The notes: generated by a model not told the origin, from the letters alone. A stretch of DNA of 64,000 nt from Candidatus Latescibacterota bacterium (GCA_965197905.1 CBDAOB010000005.1:448001-512000); one strand, 5' to 3'. Shown: positions 1 through 9,859, counted from the first letter of the stretch. Made by a program: numbers and translations.

Positions 1-2
1 GA

Positions 3-806
3 ACCCTCAATGCCGTCGACAAATCCAGCGGAGCGATCCTGTGGCAGCTCGAGATGCCTGGTATCGTGACGGACATAACCCATTCGGATGGCACGCTGTT
101 TTGCCAGATCGGCAAGATGGTGGTGAGCTCGAACCTCGAAAAAGGCAAGATTAAAACCAACTCCTTCGGCCGCAAGCCGTACGGGTTCTCCGCTGTCGAA
201 GCAGGTTCGGGCAAGATGCTGTGGTCCACTACCGACTTCAAGGTCGACCCGACCCTCGCGCTGGCAGCCACAATAGACGAAGGGGTGCTTTACGGCTGCG
301 ACGGAAAGATTCTCTACGCTCTCTCGTTGGCCGATGGTAGCTACAAGTGGAAGTTCGACATCGACAAGGATGGCAAAGCGGGCAAGATCACGGGTGACAA
401 GGCCTGGGCCGTTAAGATGGAGAAGAGCACCTTCTACGGTATTTCCTCCAACACCGTAACAACCACCTGGTCGGATCCTCGTCGCATTCTGCGACCCGAA
501 TACCGCGGCACCCACTTCATCGTGTTCGGCGAGAAACAGATCATACGGGTAAACAAGGACGGCAAGCTGGCCTGGGCGTACAAGTGGAAATACGATCCCA
601 ATCAGGCTAATCTACTCTTCGATCCCACATTCTTCGGTTCCACGGATAACATCGTTTACGCGTGCAAGGGCTTTGTCGGGCTGGACGGCGAGACCGGGAA
701 GGCACTATGGGAGGACAAGGACGTGAAGGGGGAATTCACCAGAGTAGCGGACGATCTTCTTGTAGTTCGTCGCAAGGACTCGATAACGGGGTATTCGCTG
801 AAATAA
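3..806 (+). CDS. PQQ-like beta-propeller repeat protein (5' partial, frame open from window edge)
   Basis: Repeated A(V/L)DxxxGxxxW motifs (AVDKSSGAILW, AVEAGSGKMLW, ALSLADGSYKW, GLDGETGKALW); no in-frame stop upstream of ATG 54. Confidence 0.75.
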   Translation, partial: TLNAVDKSSGAILWQLEMPGIVTDITHSDGTLFCQIGKMVVSSNLEKGKIKTNSFGRKPYGFSAVEAGSGKMLWSTTDFKVDPTLALAATIDEGVLYGCDGKILYALSLADGSYKWKFDIDKDGKAGKITGDKAWAVKMEKSTFYGISSNTVTTTWSDPRRILRPEYRGTHFIVFGEKQIIRVNKDGKLAWAYKWKYDPNQANLLFDPTFFGSTDNIVYACKGFVGLDGETGKALWEDKDVKGEFTRVADDLLVVRRKDSITGYSLK

Positions 807-824
807 CTTTGCCCGCGACGCCGT

Positions 825-1835
825 TCAGTCGGTGTTGCGGACACAGCGAAACCCGATGAAACCGCCAGTGATCGTAGGTTCGTTTCTGATGCGGTAGGTG
901 GACCGAACGCTGTACGGATTGGAGCCCCAGGAGCCGCCACGAAGCACGTAAAAGGTGCCGTTTTCCGGTCCCTGCGGATTGGTGTCCGGGCTGACCTCGT
1001 AATACCCGCCATCGTACCAGTCTGACAACCATTGCCAGACATTTCCCGCCATGTCGTAGACCCCGTAAGGAGAGATCCCCTGTTCGTAGGACCCAACCTC
1101 CGTCGTCCGTCCGGGCCCGCCGCCATAGTTGGCCTTGCTGTGATCGATCTCCTCCCCCCAGGGGTAGGTGCGGCCATCCGTTCCCCGAGCCGCTTTTTCC
1201 CATTCTGCTTCCGTGGGTAGTCGTTTGTCCAACCATTGACAGTAGTCCCGGGCGTCGAGCCAGTTTACCTCCACGGCGGGCAGCTTCCCGCTACTATCCC
1301 CGAACTCGAAGAATGTCGGCTGGCTTCTTCCGGTGGCGTGCAGAAACGTCCGGTACTGACCGCTGGTCACCAGGTTTTGGTCGATCAGGAACGCATCGAG
1401 GAATACCTCATGTACCGGCTGTTCGTCCCGATCGCCGGACAACGAACCCATGGGGAAGCTCCCTTCCGGGACCAGCACCATCCCCGGCGGTTCATCGCTG
1501 GCGGTGATTTTCGCTTGAAATTGATCGCCTTGGGCCTCGCCCACATCCGCCGTGACCACCCAGATTATCCGTTTTCCACGTCCCGGATTCACCAGTCCCA
1601 CGTCACCTGAAAACGCATAGGCCGGCAGATCGAAGCTGTTTCCGCCATCGGCGGATATCTCGACCGTGAGGTAGAGAGTATCGCTCTCATCCGCAACATC
1701 GTAGGTGATTTCCACTTGACGACTGTCGGGTCCTGGCAGCGCCATCACGTTCTCAACCAGGGGATCTGCGGTTGCGACTTGAGCGATGGCCAACACGGCG
1801 CCCCCGACAGCGGACAGCTTCCGAGCAAATGTCAT
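825..1835 (-). CDS. Secreted FGE-sulfatase (SUMF1-like) domain protein with N-terminal beta-rich domain
   Basis: Signal peptide; F.MGS, RLPTEAEWEKAARG, YDMAGNVWQW, RGGSW, GFRC motifs; no catalytic Cys pair after RGGS. Confidence 0.85.
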   Translation of the reverse strand: MTFARKLSAVGGAVLAIAQVATADPLVENVMALPGPDSRQVEITYDVADESDTLYLTVEISADGGNSFDLPAYAFSGDVGLVNPGRGKRIIWVVTADVGEAQGDQFQAKITASDEPPGMVLVPEGSFPMGSLSGDRDEQPVHEVFLDAFLIDQNLVTSGQYRTFLHATGRSQPTFFEFGDSSGKLPAVEVNWLDARDYCQWLDKRLPTEAEWEKAARGTDGRTYPWGEEIDHSKANYGGGPGRTTEVGSYEQGISPYGVYDMAGNVWQWLSDWYDGGYYEVSPDTNPQGPENGTFYVLRGGSWGSNPYSVRSTYRIRNEPTITGGFIGFRCVRNTD

Positions 1836-1865
1836 GCTGGAAATCGGTTGAATGAAGGTCAAGTG

Positions 1866-2309
1866 TTATCGTAGAAACACGAGCTTGCGTGTTTCGACAC
1901 CTGCCAGCGAAGTGATCACGGCGAAATAGACCCCCGAACCGACGCTGCGTTCGGCGTCATTTCGGCCGTCCCAGTGAATCTCGTGGATGCCGGTGCTCAG
2001 GCTGCCTGAGTGCAACCGTCGCACGCTCCGCCCATCCACGCCAAAGATAGCGATCTCCACGTGCCGTTCGAGGCCCGCGAAAATCTGGTAACTGAGGGTT
2101 ACCGAACTGTTGAACGGATTGGGATAGGGTTTCGACAAACGTGACCCCCGGGCAACCGCGGTTTCTGCGACCGAGGTGGCGACCGGACGCAGGTCCAGGG
2201 AGAAGAGATTGCTCAGCCCGGCCCCTTCGCCGGCATGGAGTCCCACGACACTCAGAAAGAGGATCGAAATCCACAGGGATCCCACACGGGTCGTGGCCAG
2301 GCTCTGCAT
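1866..2309 (-). CDS. Small secreted protein consisting mostly of a FlgD Ig-like / C-terminal sorting-type domain
   Basis: Hydrophobic N-terminus; YPNPFN...I.IFGVDGRSVRRL...WDGRND...VGSGVYF...RKLVFLR; ATG 2309 lies just after the upstream stop. Confidence 0.75.
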   Translation of the reverse strand: MQSLATTRVGSLWISILFLSVVGLHAGEGAGLSNLFSLDLRPVATSVAETAVARGSRLSKPYPNPFNSSVTLSYQIFAGLERHVEIAIFGVDGRSVRRLHSGSLSTGIHEIHWDGRNDAERSVGSGVYFAVITSLAGVETRKLVFLR

Positions 2310-2311
2310 CT

Positions 2312-3067
2312 TCAATGCGAAAGCTTCACCGGCAGATCTTTCAACTTTCCGTCCTCGTGCATTTGCACCCATTGATCCATGAAGGTCTGGTTCCATTGAT
2401 CGGTGAGCGTGTGTTGCATCATGTCACGCAACACGGTCCAAAAGATGATAATCCCGTCGGCGCCATCGCGCAGAGCGGCATGGGCGGTGTCCACCGAGCG
2501 TATCAACGCCGCAGTGATGTACGGGCGATTCTCCCATCCGGCGAACATCTGGGCGCACTCCCGAACCAGCTTGGTCGGGTCGCCGCCGGCTGCTTTGACC
2601 GGCTCGCAAAATGGCAGAACATGCCTGACGCCCGCCTGCGCCACGGCAGCGGCCTGAGGAAGCGAGAAAACGGTTGTGCAATAGGTTTCCACCCCTTCCG
2701 CCTCCAACGCCCTGAAGGCCGCCAGGCTATGAACCGTACACGGGATCTTGAGAATTACCTGCTTCGACATGTCGGTAAAAACCCGGCCAACCTCCAGCAG
2801 CTCCTCTGTCGTGTGGCCATCGATTTCCACGACGACAGGCTTATCGGTGATGTCGAGATAGCGCTTGATCAGTTCGGTGAGCGGGCCGTACTTCTTCACC
2901 AGATCGTTCTGCACCACCGTGTTGGTTACGATTCCAGTCGAAAACGGCATCCAAGGCTTGAGCTCTTCGGGGTCACCAGCCAGCCAGATGCCAGGTCCCC
3001 TGCCGTGAGCCCGAGCTTGGGAAACGGGTCCCACGTGGGGTGTAATTCCCGCACCCTTAGCAGTCAT
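2312..3067 (-). CDS. Transaldolase / fructose-6-phosphate aldolase family protein (divergent)
   Basis: Schiff-base LKIP motif, T.VFS.PQA, PF, H.LTD...F..QW C-terminal helix; AGGAGG RBS. Confidence 0.8.
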   Translation of the reverse strand: MTAKGAGITPHVGPVSQARAHGRGPGIWLAGDPEELKPWMPFSTGIVTNTVVQNDLVKKYGPLTELIKRYLDITDKPVVVEIDGHTTEELLEVGRVFTDMSKQVILKIPCTVHSLAAFRALEAEGVETYCTTVFSLPQAAAVAQAGVRHVLPFCEPVKAAGGDPTKLVRECAQMFAGWENRPYITAALIRSVDTAHAALRDGADGIIIFWTVLRDMMQHTLTDQWNQTFMDQWVQMHEDGKLKDLPVKLSH

Positions 3068-3282
3068 ATATTCCTCCTACTTGAATAGGCTAATTCGAAA
3101 GATCGGAAGCTATGCAATTGACGCTCGCGGTCAATCGCACCGCCGCAGCGGTACGCCTATTTACGATCCGGCTGGCTCATTCGATATTAACACGAAAATT
3201 CGTCGTTGGCGATTTCACCGGATCGTTCGATACCGACATGTTGCAATGGGCGTTCGAAGCGACGGTTCCTTGGACCTGCAGA

Positions 3283-3801
3283 ATGAAAATCATCGATCTG
3301 TCCCGTCCCATCTATGAGGGCATGCCTGTTTTCCCCGGGGATTCTGAGGTCAAAATCCAGACCCTTGGGGATGCGGAATCCGAGAACGGACTGGTACGCC
3401 GAATTTCTCTAGGATCTCATACCGGTACCCACGTGGACGCCTTCGCCCACATGCATCCGGATGGACACGCCCTCGACGATATCCCCCTGGAGCGTTTTTT
3501 CGGTCCGGCGCAGGCAGTGCGACCGCATCAGCTGTTGCCACCGGGAGTGGGCTTGATATTCGTCGAAGCGCCCGCAGCCGAGGATGTCGACCGTATCGCG
3601 GAGGCAGTCCCTCCCTTCGTTGCCGGCGAGCTTCCAGCGGAGTTGGAGCGCTCGTTACTGGATCGGCAGATACTGACCTATACAGATCTGGTCAATCTGG
3701 ATCAGTTGCCAGAAGAGATCGAATTCACGTTCTATGGTCTACCGCTGCCCATCGAGGGCGGCGACGGGTCCCCCGTGCGCGCTATCGCAATCATCCCATG
3801 A
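3283..3801 (+). CDS. Cyclase family (kynurenine formamidase-like) metal-dependent hydrolase
   Basis: IIDLS.PI..GMPVFPGD, HTGTHVDA, GGDGSPVRA. Confidence 0.85.
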   Translation: MKIIDLSRPIYEGMPVFPGDSEVKIQTLGDAESENGLVRRISLGSHTGTHVDAFAHMHPDGHALDDIPLERFFGPAQAVRPHQLLPPGVGLIFVEAPAAEDVDRIAEAVPPFVAGELPAELERSLLDRQILTYTDLVNLDQLPEEIEFTFYGLPLPIEGGDGSPVRAIAIIP

Positions 3802-3811
3802 GGTGAAGCAG

Positions 3812-5218
3812 TTGGATCTGGAGTACATGTCGGCAGTAGAGCTTCGCCGCCTCTTCGAACGCGGCGATCTATCGCCGGTCGAGGTAGCGAAGGCAACGTT
3901 AAAACAAATCGATCGAGTCGATCCCCAAATCAACGCTTTCGTGACCGTGACGGCCGAACTGGCACTGGATCAGGCGCGCGCCGCGGAAGCTCTCTACCGC
4001 AGCGACCATGCCGCGCCGCCGCTGGCCGGTATTCCATACTCCCTGAAGGATCTCACCCCGACCAAAGGTATTCGCACCACTCGGGGTTCCCTGCTGTACA
4101 AGGATTGGATACCCGAAGAAGATGCTCCCGTCGCGGAGCGGCTGAAGGAAGCGGGCGGTGTGCTCCTGGGTAAAACCAATACGCCGGCTGCGGGTTGGAA
4201 GGGGGACTCAGGCAATCGGGTTTCGGGGCCCACCCACAATCCCTGGAAGAAGGGGCACACCGCCGGTGGCTCGAGCGGCGGTGCCGCGGCGGCGGTAGTG
4301 ACCGGTATGGGTCCCATTGCACAGGGGTCCGATGGCGCCGGGTCGATCCGCATTCCCGCGGGGTTCAGCGGCGCCTTCGGCTTCAAACCCTCCTGGGGCC
4401 GAGTGCCCCAGTATCCACCCAGCGCCGTCGAAGCGCTTTCGCACATGGGTCCGATCACGCGTACGGTCGGGGATGCGGCATTGATGATGTCGGTTTTGGC
4501 AGGACCCGATCCCAGAGACCGCACCACCATCACTAACGAGATCGACTTCGCCAACGTCGCAGAGGGCGGGATCGAAGGTTTGAAAGTCGGCTGGTCTCTC
4601 GACCTGGGGTATGTACCGGTTGCGCCCGACGTCGAGAACCTCTGCAGCCGGGCGGCTCAGCGTTTTGAAGAGCTGGGTTGCTCCGTGGAAATATTCGACC
4701 CGGGCCTCGAGGATCCGTACGACGAGATACTTTCCGTGATCTGGGCATCGGCTTTCGCCGGCGTTCATCTCGAGGATCTGGATGATGTGCGCAACCAACT
4801 CGATCCTGGTTTGCTCGAGGTGATCGAGGAAGGGACTTCCTACTCGGCACCGCAGCTTGCGGCGGCTTTCCAACGTCGCAACAGCTACTATGATGGCTGG
4901 CGTGCCATCATGGAGAAGTTCCACATCGTGCTCACACCAACGCTTCCGATCACGGCCTTCGAAGCGGGGGCGGATTACCCGCCAACCTTGAACGGGAATC
5001 CCACGAGTTATCTGGGTTGGACCAAGTTTACGTATCCGTTTAACATAACCGGGCAACCCGCAGCCACGGTTCCCGTGGGATTCGACAGGGATGGGTTGCC
5101 GGTGGGGCTCCAGATCGTGGGTCGGTGGAGGCAAGACGATACCGTGCTGCGCGCCGCCGCCGCTTTCGAGCAGGTTGCTCCATGGGGTCAGCAGAAGCCG
5201 GATTCTGCGTCAAATTAG
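3812..5218 (+). CDS. Amidase signature family enzyme
   Basis: KDL, GGSSGG and GSDGAGSIRIPA give the Ser-cisSer-Lys triad; start uncertain (GTG 3803 or TTG 3812). Confidence 0.9.
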   Translation: MDLEYMSAVELRRLFERGDLSPVEVAKATLKQIDRVDPQINAFVTVTAELALDQARAAEALYRSDHAAPPLAGIPYSLKDLTPTKGIRTTRGSLLYKDWIPEEDAPVAERLKEAGGVLLGKTNTPAAGWKGDSGNRVSGPTHNPWKKGHTAGGSSGGAAAAVVTGMGPIAQGSDGAGSIRIPAGFSGAFGFKPSWGRVPQYPPSAVEALSHMGPITRTVGDAALMMSVLAGPDPRDRTTITNEIDFANVAEGGIEGLKVGWSLDLGYVPVAPDVENLCSRAAQRFEELGCSVEIFDPGLEDPYDEILSVIWASAFAGVHLEDLDDVRNQLDPGLLEVIEEGTSYSAPQLAAAFQRRNSYYDGWRAIMEKFHIVLTPTLPITAFEAGADYPPTLNGNPTSYLGWTKFTYPFNITGQPAATVPVGFDRDGLPVGLQIVGRWRQDDTVLRAAAAFEQVAPWGQQKPDSASN

Positions 5219-5231
5219 AAACGGAGGCGAG

Positions 5232-6182
5232 ATGGTTACACTGGGTACGGGAGACTTTCAGTACGAGTTATCGGGCACCGACTGGGGGAACATTCCCGAG
5301 GAGTGGACCTACCGTGAAGCCACATCGGTCGCTGTCGACAGCGACGACCGGGTGTACGTTTTCAATCGGGGCACCGTGCCGATGATCATCTTCGACTCCG
5401 CCGGCGAACTCGTCGATAGCTGGGGCGAGGGCGTGTTCGATGTACCCCACGGCGTGCATATTGGTCCCGACGGATCCGTGTATTGTATCGACGTCGGGGC
5501 GCACAAGATCACCAAACACACCCCCGAAGGGGAGCTGTTACTCGATCTGAAAGCAAAACACCCGTCCGGCTTGATGAGCGGCGAACCGTTCAATCGGCCA
5601 TGCCAGGTAGGCATCGATCCCCGCAATGGCGATATCTACGTCGCCGACGGCTACAGCAACGCACGAGTCCACAAATTTTCCCCTGACGGCAGGTATATCC
5701 TCTCTTGGGGAGAGTCGGGTACCGATCCGGGATATCTGAATGTGGTGCACGACATCGTCGTCGACGCCGAGGGATGGGTCTATATCGCCGACCGCGAAAA
5801 TCACCGTATCCAGGTGTTCGACCGCAATGGGAACTACGAAGCCCAGTGGATCAACTCGTCCAGGGCGGCATGTATCTGCATGGGAGAAGGTCCGGACCCG
5901 CTGTTCTACGTGGGTGAGTACTTCGCCGGCATAAAGCCGAACTCCACGGGCACGAAGCTGGGTCCAAGAGTGACGGTACTGGATGGCACAGGCACGGTGA
6001 AAGCCCGGTTGAGCGACGAGTCCTACGGGGATGAACCGGGTCGCTTCTACGCACCCCATGGAATCGCGGTCGACTCCAGAGGCGACATCTACGTTGCCGA
6101 GGTTGCCTGGAGCGAGTACGGCAGGTCAATGGAGCCTCCGCGGGAGTTGCGCTCGATGCAAAAGCTCATCAAAACCACGTGA
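5232..6182 (+). CDS. NHL-repeat protein, peptidyl-alpha-hydroxyglycine alpha-amidating lyase (PAL) family
   Basis: PHG, YVADGYSNARVHKF, VHDI, ADRENHRIQVF, PHGIAVDS; GGAGG RBS. Confidence 0.85.
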   Translation: MVTLGTGDFQYELSGTDWGNIPEEWTYREATSVAVDSDDRVYVFNRGTVPMIIFDSAGELVDSWGEGVFDVPHGVHIGPDGSVYCIDVGAHKITKHTPEGELLLDLKAKHPSGLMSGEPFNRPCQVGIDPRNGDIYVADGYSNARVHKFSPDGRYILSWGESGTDPGYLNVVHDIVVDAEGWVYIADRENHRIQVFDRNGNYEAQWINSSRAACICMGEGPDPLFYVGEYFAGIKPNSTGTKLGPRVTVLDGTGTVKARLSDESYGDEPGRFYAPHGIAVDSRGDIYVAEVAWSEYGRSMEPPRELRSMQKLIKTT

Positions 6183-6213
6183 ACCTCGATCGATGACGTC
6201 TGCTGAGTGACAC

Positions 6214-7056
6214 TCACCCCGTGGTGGGAATCCACTCCAGCTCCTTGAGGTACTCCACCCAACGAGAGCGGACCGGATTCCCGGTTGCGCCCGCGATCCA
6301 ATCTGGATGGCAGTACGGCTCATCCAACGGAAACTCGAACATCCTCTTGTGGTTGCTGTGTATGGCGCGGACTTCCTTGCGGCGGGCTTCCGCTTGCGCC
6401 TCGGTAGGAGAGGGGTACCAGTATACCGTGGCACCCAGCCTGCGTCCGGCAGCGCCGCCGAAACTGGAGTGCAGCAGCGGCATCTCGAACGCAATGACGT
6501 CCCCGGGTTCGGATTCCACGACCACGCTGGGAAGCATCCTATCACCCGCTCGTTTCGTCAGTCCGCGGACATTCTCCTGGTAATCCGCATCGCCAGCAGC
6601 TAGAACCAGTGGCTCAAAATCAGGAACCTCTGTTTCGTGGGGTTCGATGTGGCTGGCTGGCACGACGCGGAGGGCGCCGTTTTCCGCCTGCAGCGGGTCC
6701 AGATAATAGATGATCTTCAGGCCCGTGTTGCCGGGAACGTCCAGGTCGCGGTGCCACCCGGTATCTCCCTGCCAGAAGAGCATGTCCGTGTTGACGCCGA
6801 CGAGCGATTCGTCAAAAACCTCAGTAGCGATGGCATAAAACCGAGGATCTTCCAGCAGGGAAGCGCTAAAAGGCGTCGAGTCGCCCAAGAGCGGTACCCA
6901 TTTACCCTGTGGACCTCCCGACTGATCGCCGTAGATCTTGGTTGCAGCGCTCTCTGCCTCGTTCCCAACCTGGGCCATCTCCTGTTCGGTCAGCAAGTTT
7001 CTAAATACGAGGAACCCGTACGCCTTGAAGAAACCTACTTGATCATCGGTAAGCAT
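6214..7056 (-). CDS. Phytanoyl-CoA dioxygenase (PhyH) family Fe(II)/2OG oxygenase
   Basis: LTDDQV.FF..YGFL, WHRD, NGALRVVPASH, PGDVI.F...LLH. Confidence 0.85.
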   Translation of the reverse strand: MLTDDQVGFFKAYGFLVFRNLLTEQEMAQVGNEAESAATKIYGDQSGGPQGKWVPLLGDSTPFSASLLEDPRFYAIATEVFDESLVGVNTDMLFWQGDTGWHRDLDVPGNTGLKIIYYLDPLQAENGALRVVPASHIEPHETEVPDFEPLVLAAGDADYQENVRGLTKRAGDRMLPSVVVESEPGDVIAFEMPLLHSSFGGAAGRRLGATVYWYPSPTEAQAEARRKEVRAIHSNHKRMFEFPLDEPYCHPDWIAGATGNPVRSRWVEYLKELEWIPTTG

Positions 7057-7077
7057 GGTCCACTAGGGTCCAGTCCT

Positions 7078-9243
7078 TTAGGAGAGCTGGGCGAGTACCA
7101 CCTCGTGCAATTCGACCTTGGGTACCACCACGATGGATCCCTTAACCTCCAGATCGAGACCTGAGAGGGGAAGGCGAGCCGACTCAACGTCAAATCCGTT
7201 GAAGCGCACCTCGACGTTGTAAATCGGATTCAGCTCCCTCAAATAGAGGTGGGTATTCATGCCCTCGTGCTTTTCGGTCATGTACATGGGCACGAGCGGT
7301 GTGGGGTCGTTCAGCAAATGCACCATCAGCTCCTTGGGGCCTCGCAGGGCGGCGGTCACCTCGATCGCCTCCGGGGCGGTCACCTCGACGGGGGCTTCGG
7401 CGCGTTGCACCAGCAGCGAAACAAAACGCTGAAGGAGCGGAAATGGGTTGTGCATGTATCCGTCTCCCACATCACTGTTGATGTATATCACCTGTCCTTC
7501 GCCGACCCGGTTCGTCGTAACGGCCGGCTCGCCGGAGTCGTATTCGGAGTTGGCGTCGAAATGACCCAAAGGAAGCTCGGTGCCGAGGTTGGAGCGGGTG
7601 CAGAGTACCTCGGTATGGGCATCCCCCCTGACCTTGACGGCGGACTCGCAGGCCGCAAAGCAGATGACGTGCTCGAAAGCGGATTTCAAGCCGGCATCGT
7701 GCGGTACATAGACGATGCCATGGGGGGTGTCGTCTCCAATCGGTCCGGAAAAATCCACGCCGAAGAGATCGGCCAGCGCAAAGTTGTCGCGCGGCTGACC
7801 GAATTCGTCCCGCAATGAGCTCTCGTGATTCGCGATCAAGGTGCCGCCTCCGCGGACATATTCGCGAATCTCGTCGCACTGGACGTCGGAGAGACAGCTG
7901 TTGGTCAACATGAAAACCGGATATTGTGCCAGATGCGCCAGGTTCAACTGTTGGTCCAGCACCATGTCCACCAGATGATGAGAACGATTCAGAATCTCAT
8001 AGGTGCCATTCACGTTCTTCTGGGAGATGTAGGAGTTCTCCGTCTGGGCCATGTTCTTCGGCAGCTCGGTCGGTCTGAAATCGCGGCTCTGCTGCGAATA
8101 GTGTAAACCTACGTACTTGACGGTTTCACCCTGCATGTATTCCACCCGCTTCTTCATCGCGGAAAAGACGGACTTCATCGCTTCCTTGTGCAGATGGATC
8201 GAGCCCCCGAAGCTTCCGAACACCGCCGCCCCACCGTTGATGATGCCCTGCAGGCCATGGATGGAAGGGGTATGGGGTTCCTGGTACGGCGCGTAGGCCG
8301 AGGTACACTCCGGCAGCTCCTGTACCGGATTTCGCCACACACAGAACGGAGATCCCATGGAGCGCGCGACCTTGGCGGTGAATCCGGTTTCCCGCACCGT
8401 TCGGTGAGTCTCGATGAAGTAATGTTCGCCGTCGTCGCCAAAATTCACCGGGTTCAGGTGATGGCCGTCGACCCAATCCGTGGTGGGACGGGCGTAATAG
8501 TGATAGTCAAGGATAATGTCCGGGTGTTCTTCTTTGACCCGCTTGAAAACGTGTCGGTTAAAGTCGAATAACTTTTCGTAGCGCCAGTTGACGAAATGGC
8601 GAAAGTCGGGGTTGTCAAAATCGACCTTGCGTGGAATCTTCAAGCCGGTGTCCTTGCGAAAGAGCTCTTCACAGTACTTGCATATGCAGCTCGGGTAAAA
8701 GGGCCGGCCCTCGTGCGATCCCCAGTTGGTGTCGTCGAAATAGAATCCGTCCAGATCCAGGTGATCCATGATGTCGATGAGGTAGTCTCCCAGCCAATCT
8801 CGGTGGGGGGAATTGAAGCAAGGCCACCCCTCGTTCTCCGGTGCTGGCCGGCCGAAGTCGATGAATTCCATCATCCATTCGGGATGCAGCTGGCGCAGCG
8901 GCTTGTTGTACATGATGGCGTAGTACGACAGCACCACGATACCCTTTTCGTGTGCTGCCTCGAGGAATTTCGGCAGGGAGTTCTTTTCATGGTCTGGGTG
9001 GGGCGGAAGCATCTTGGACGGAAACATCGGCGTGCCTCGATTGTGGGTCGACTGGCATATGTGCGCTTCCACCCCCGCCTCGTGAATCAGATCTACATAC
9101 TCCCGAATGATGTGGTCTGGCGTCCGGTCCTCGGGCGACCTTCCGGAGAAGGGCGGGTACTGCTCGACTCGGCAAACCCGTTTCTCGTAGGGCAGCTCCT
9201 TTAGCCGAGCTGCGATCGAACCCACTCGTTTCACTGTTGTCAT
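7078..9243 (-). CDS. Glycoside hydrolase-like TIM-barrel protein with beta-galactosidase trimerisation-like domain
   Basis: HPEW, CFNSP, DGFYFD, CICKYC, YVRGGGTLIA, LADLFGV, MVHLLN. Confidence 0.7.
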   Translation of the reverse strand: MTTVKRVGSIAARLKELPYEKRVCRVEQYPPFSGRSPEDRTPDHIIREYVDLIHEAGVEAHICQSTHNRGTPMFPSKMLPPHPDHEKNSLPKFLEAAHEKGIVVLSYYAIMYNKPLRQLHPEWMMEFIDFGRPAPENEGWPCFNSPHRDWLGDYLIDIMDHLDLDGFYFDDTNWGSHEGRPFYPSCICKYCEELFRKDTGLKIPRKVDFDNPDFRHFVNWRYEKLFDFNRHVFKRVKEEHPDIILDYHYYARPTTDWVDGHHLNPVNFGDDGEHYFIETHRTVRETGFTAKVARSMGSPFCVWRNPVQELPECTSAYAPYQEPHTPSIHGLQGIINGGAAVFGSFGGSIHLHKEAMKSVFSAMKKRVEYMQGETVKYVGLHYSQQSRDFRPTELPKNMAQTENSYISQKNVNGTYEILNRSHHLVDMVLDQQLNLAHLAQYPVFMLTNSCLSDVQCDEIREYVRGGGTLIANHESSLRDEFGQPRDNFALADLFGVDFSGPIGDDTPHGIVYVPHDAGLKSAFEHVICFAACESAVKVRGDAHTEVLCTRSNLGTELPLGHFDANSEYDSGEPAVTTNRVGEGQVIYINSDVGDGYMHNPFPLLQRFVSLLVQRAEAPVEVTAPEAIEVTAALRGPKELMVHLLNDPTPLVPMYMTEKHEGMNTHLYLRELNPIYNVEVRFNGFDVESARLPLSGLDLEVKGSIVVVPKVELHEVVLAQLS

Positions 9244-9260
9244 TCTACGTGCCTTTCACG

Positions 9261-9299
9261 AATCGACTCGGCGCGAAATTTTCGCGACTGCGGCCGATT
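9261..9299. other. Intergenic inverted repeat / hairpin
   Basis: CGCGAAA-T-TTTCGCG (9272-9286) nested inside AATCG...CGATT, directly downstream of the lipoprotein stop. Confidence 0.4.
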
Positions 9300-9653
9300 C
9301 TATTTGAGCTTGTCGGCTTGCCTGCTCATTTGGCTCGCCTGGTTCCTTAGTTGCGTGGCCTGCTGTCGCGCGGTTTCTGACTGTTCGCGGAGATTGGCTG
9401 CCTCCTTGCGCAGTTTGTCCGCTTCTCGTTGGATGGTATCCGCTTCCTTTTTCTTGTCGTCTGCCATTTTTTTCAGCTGAATCGACACCTTCTGCATCTG
9501 ATCCGCCTGGGACTTCAGTTGCTGCGCCTGCGCTCTGATCTGGTCGGCCACCGGATCATCCTTGCCGCCACCGCCCAGCATGTCGCAGGAGGCAAAAGAC
9601 AAGGCCGCAAAAAGCACTGCAAGCCAACATCCGGTCTTCCAAATTTTCGCCAT
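9300..9653 (-). CDS. Small coiled-coil (alanine-zipper) lipoprotein
   Basis: Lipobox-like FASC after a hydrophobic stretch; about 12 heptads mostly starting with Ala; GGTGGAG RBS. Confidence 0.75.
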   Translation of the reverse strand: MAKIWKTGCWLAVLFAALSFASCDMLGGGGKDDPVADQIRAQAQQLKSQADQMQKVSIQLKKMADDKKKEADTIQREADKLRKEAANLREQSETARQQATQLRNQASQMSRQADKLK

Positions 9654-9841
9654 CAGCCGGTCTCCACCTGCGTCCAGAAGTGTTGCATTAATCGCGGGGC
9701 TGCCGTGTGCAAATATCCACACCTCCTCAGCCCTGTCAAGCACTGTGTTTGTCCTCTATAAGTGTTTATAAAACAGTGATTTATAAAAACTTAACAGGAA
9801 GCCTTGACAACGCTCCGCAAATAGCGTTCTTTGGCGAATTC

Positions 9842-9859
9842 CAAAATTTGCAAAATTTG
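9842..9859. promoter_or_regulatory. Tandem 9-bp repeat CAAAATTTG x2, candidate operator
   Basis: Exact tandem copy in an AT-rich divergent intergenic region, 18 nt before the regulator ATG. Confidence 0.35.
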
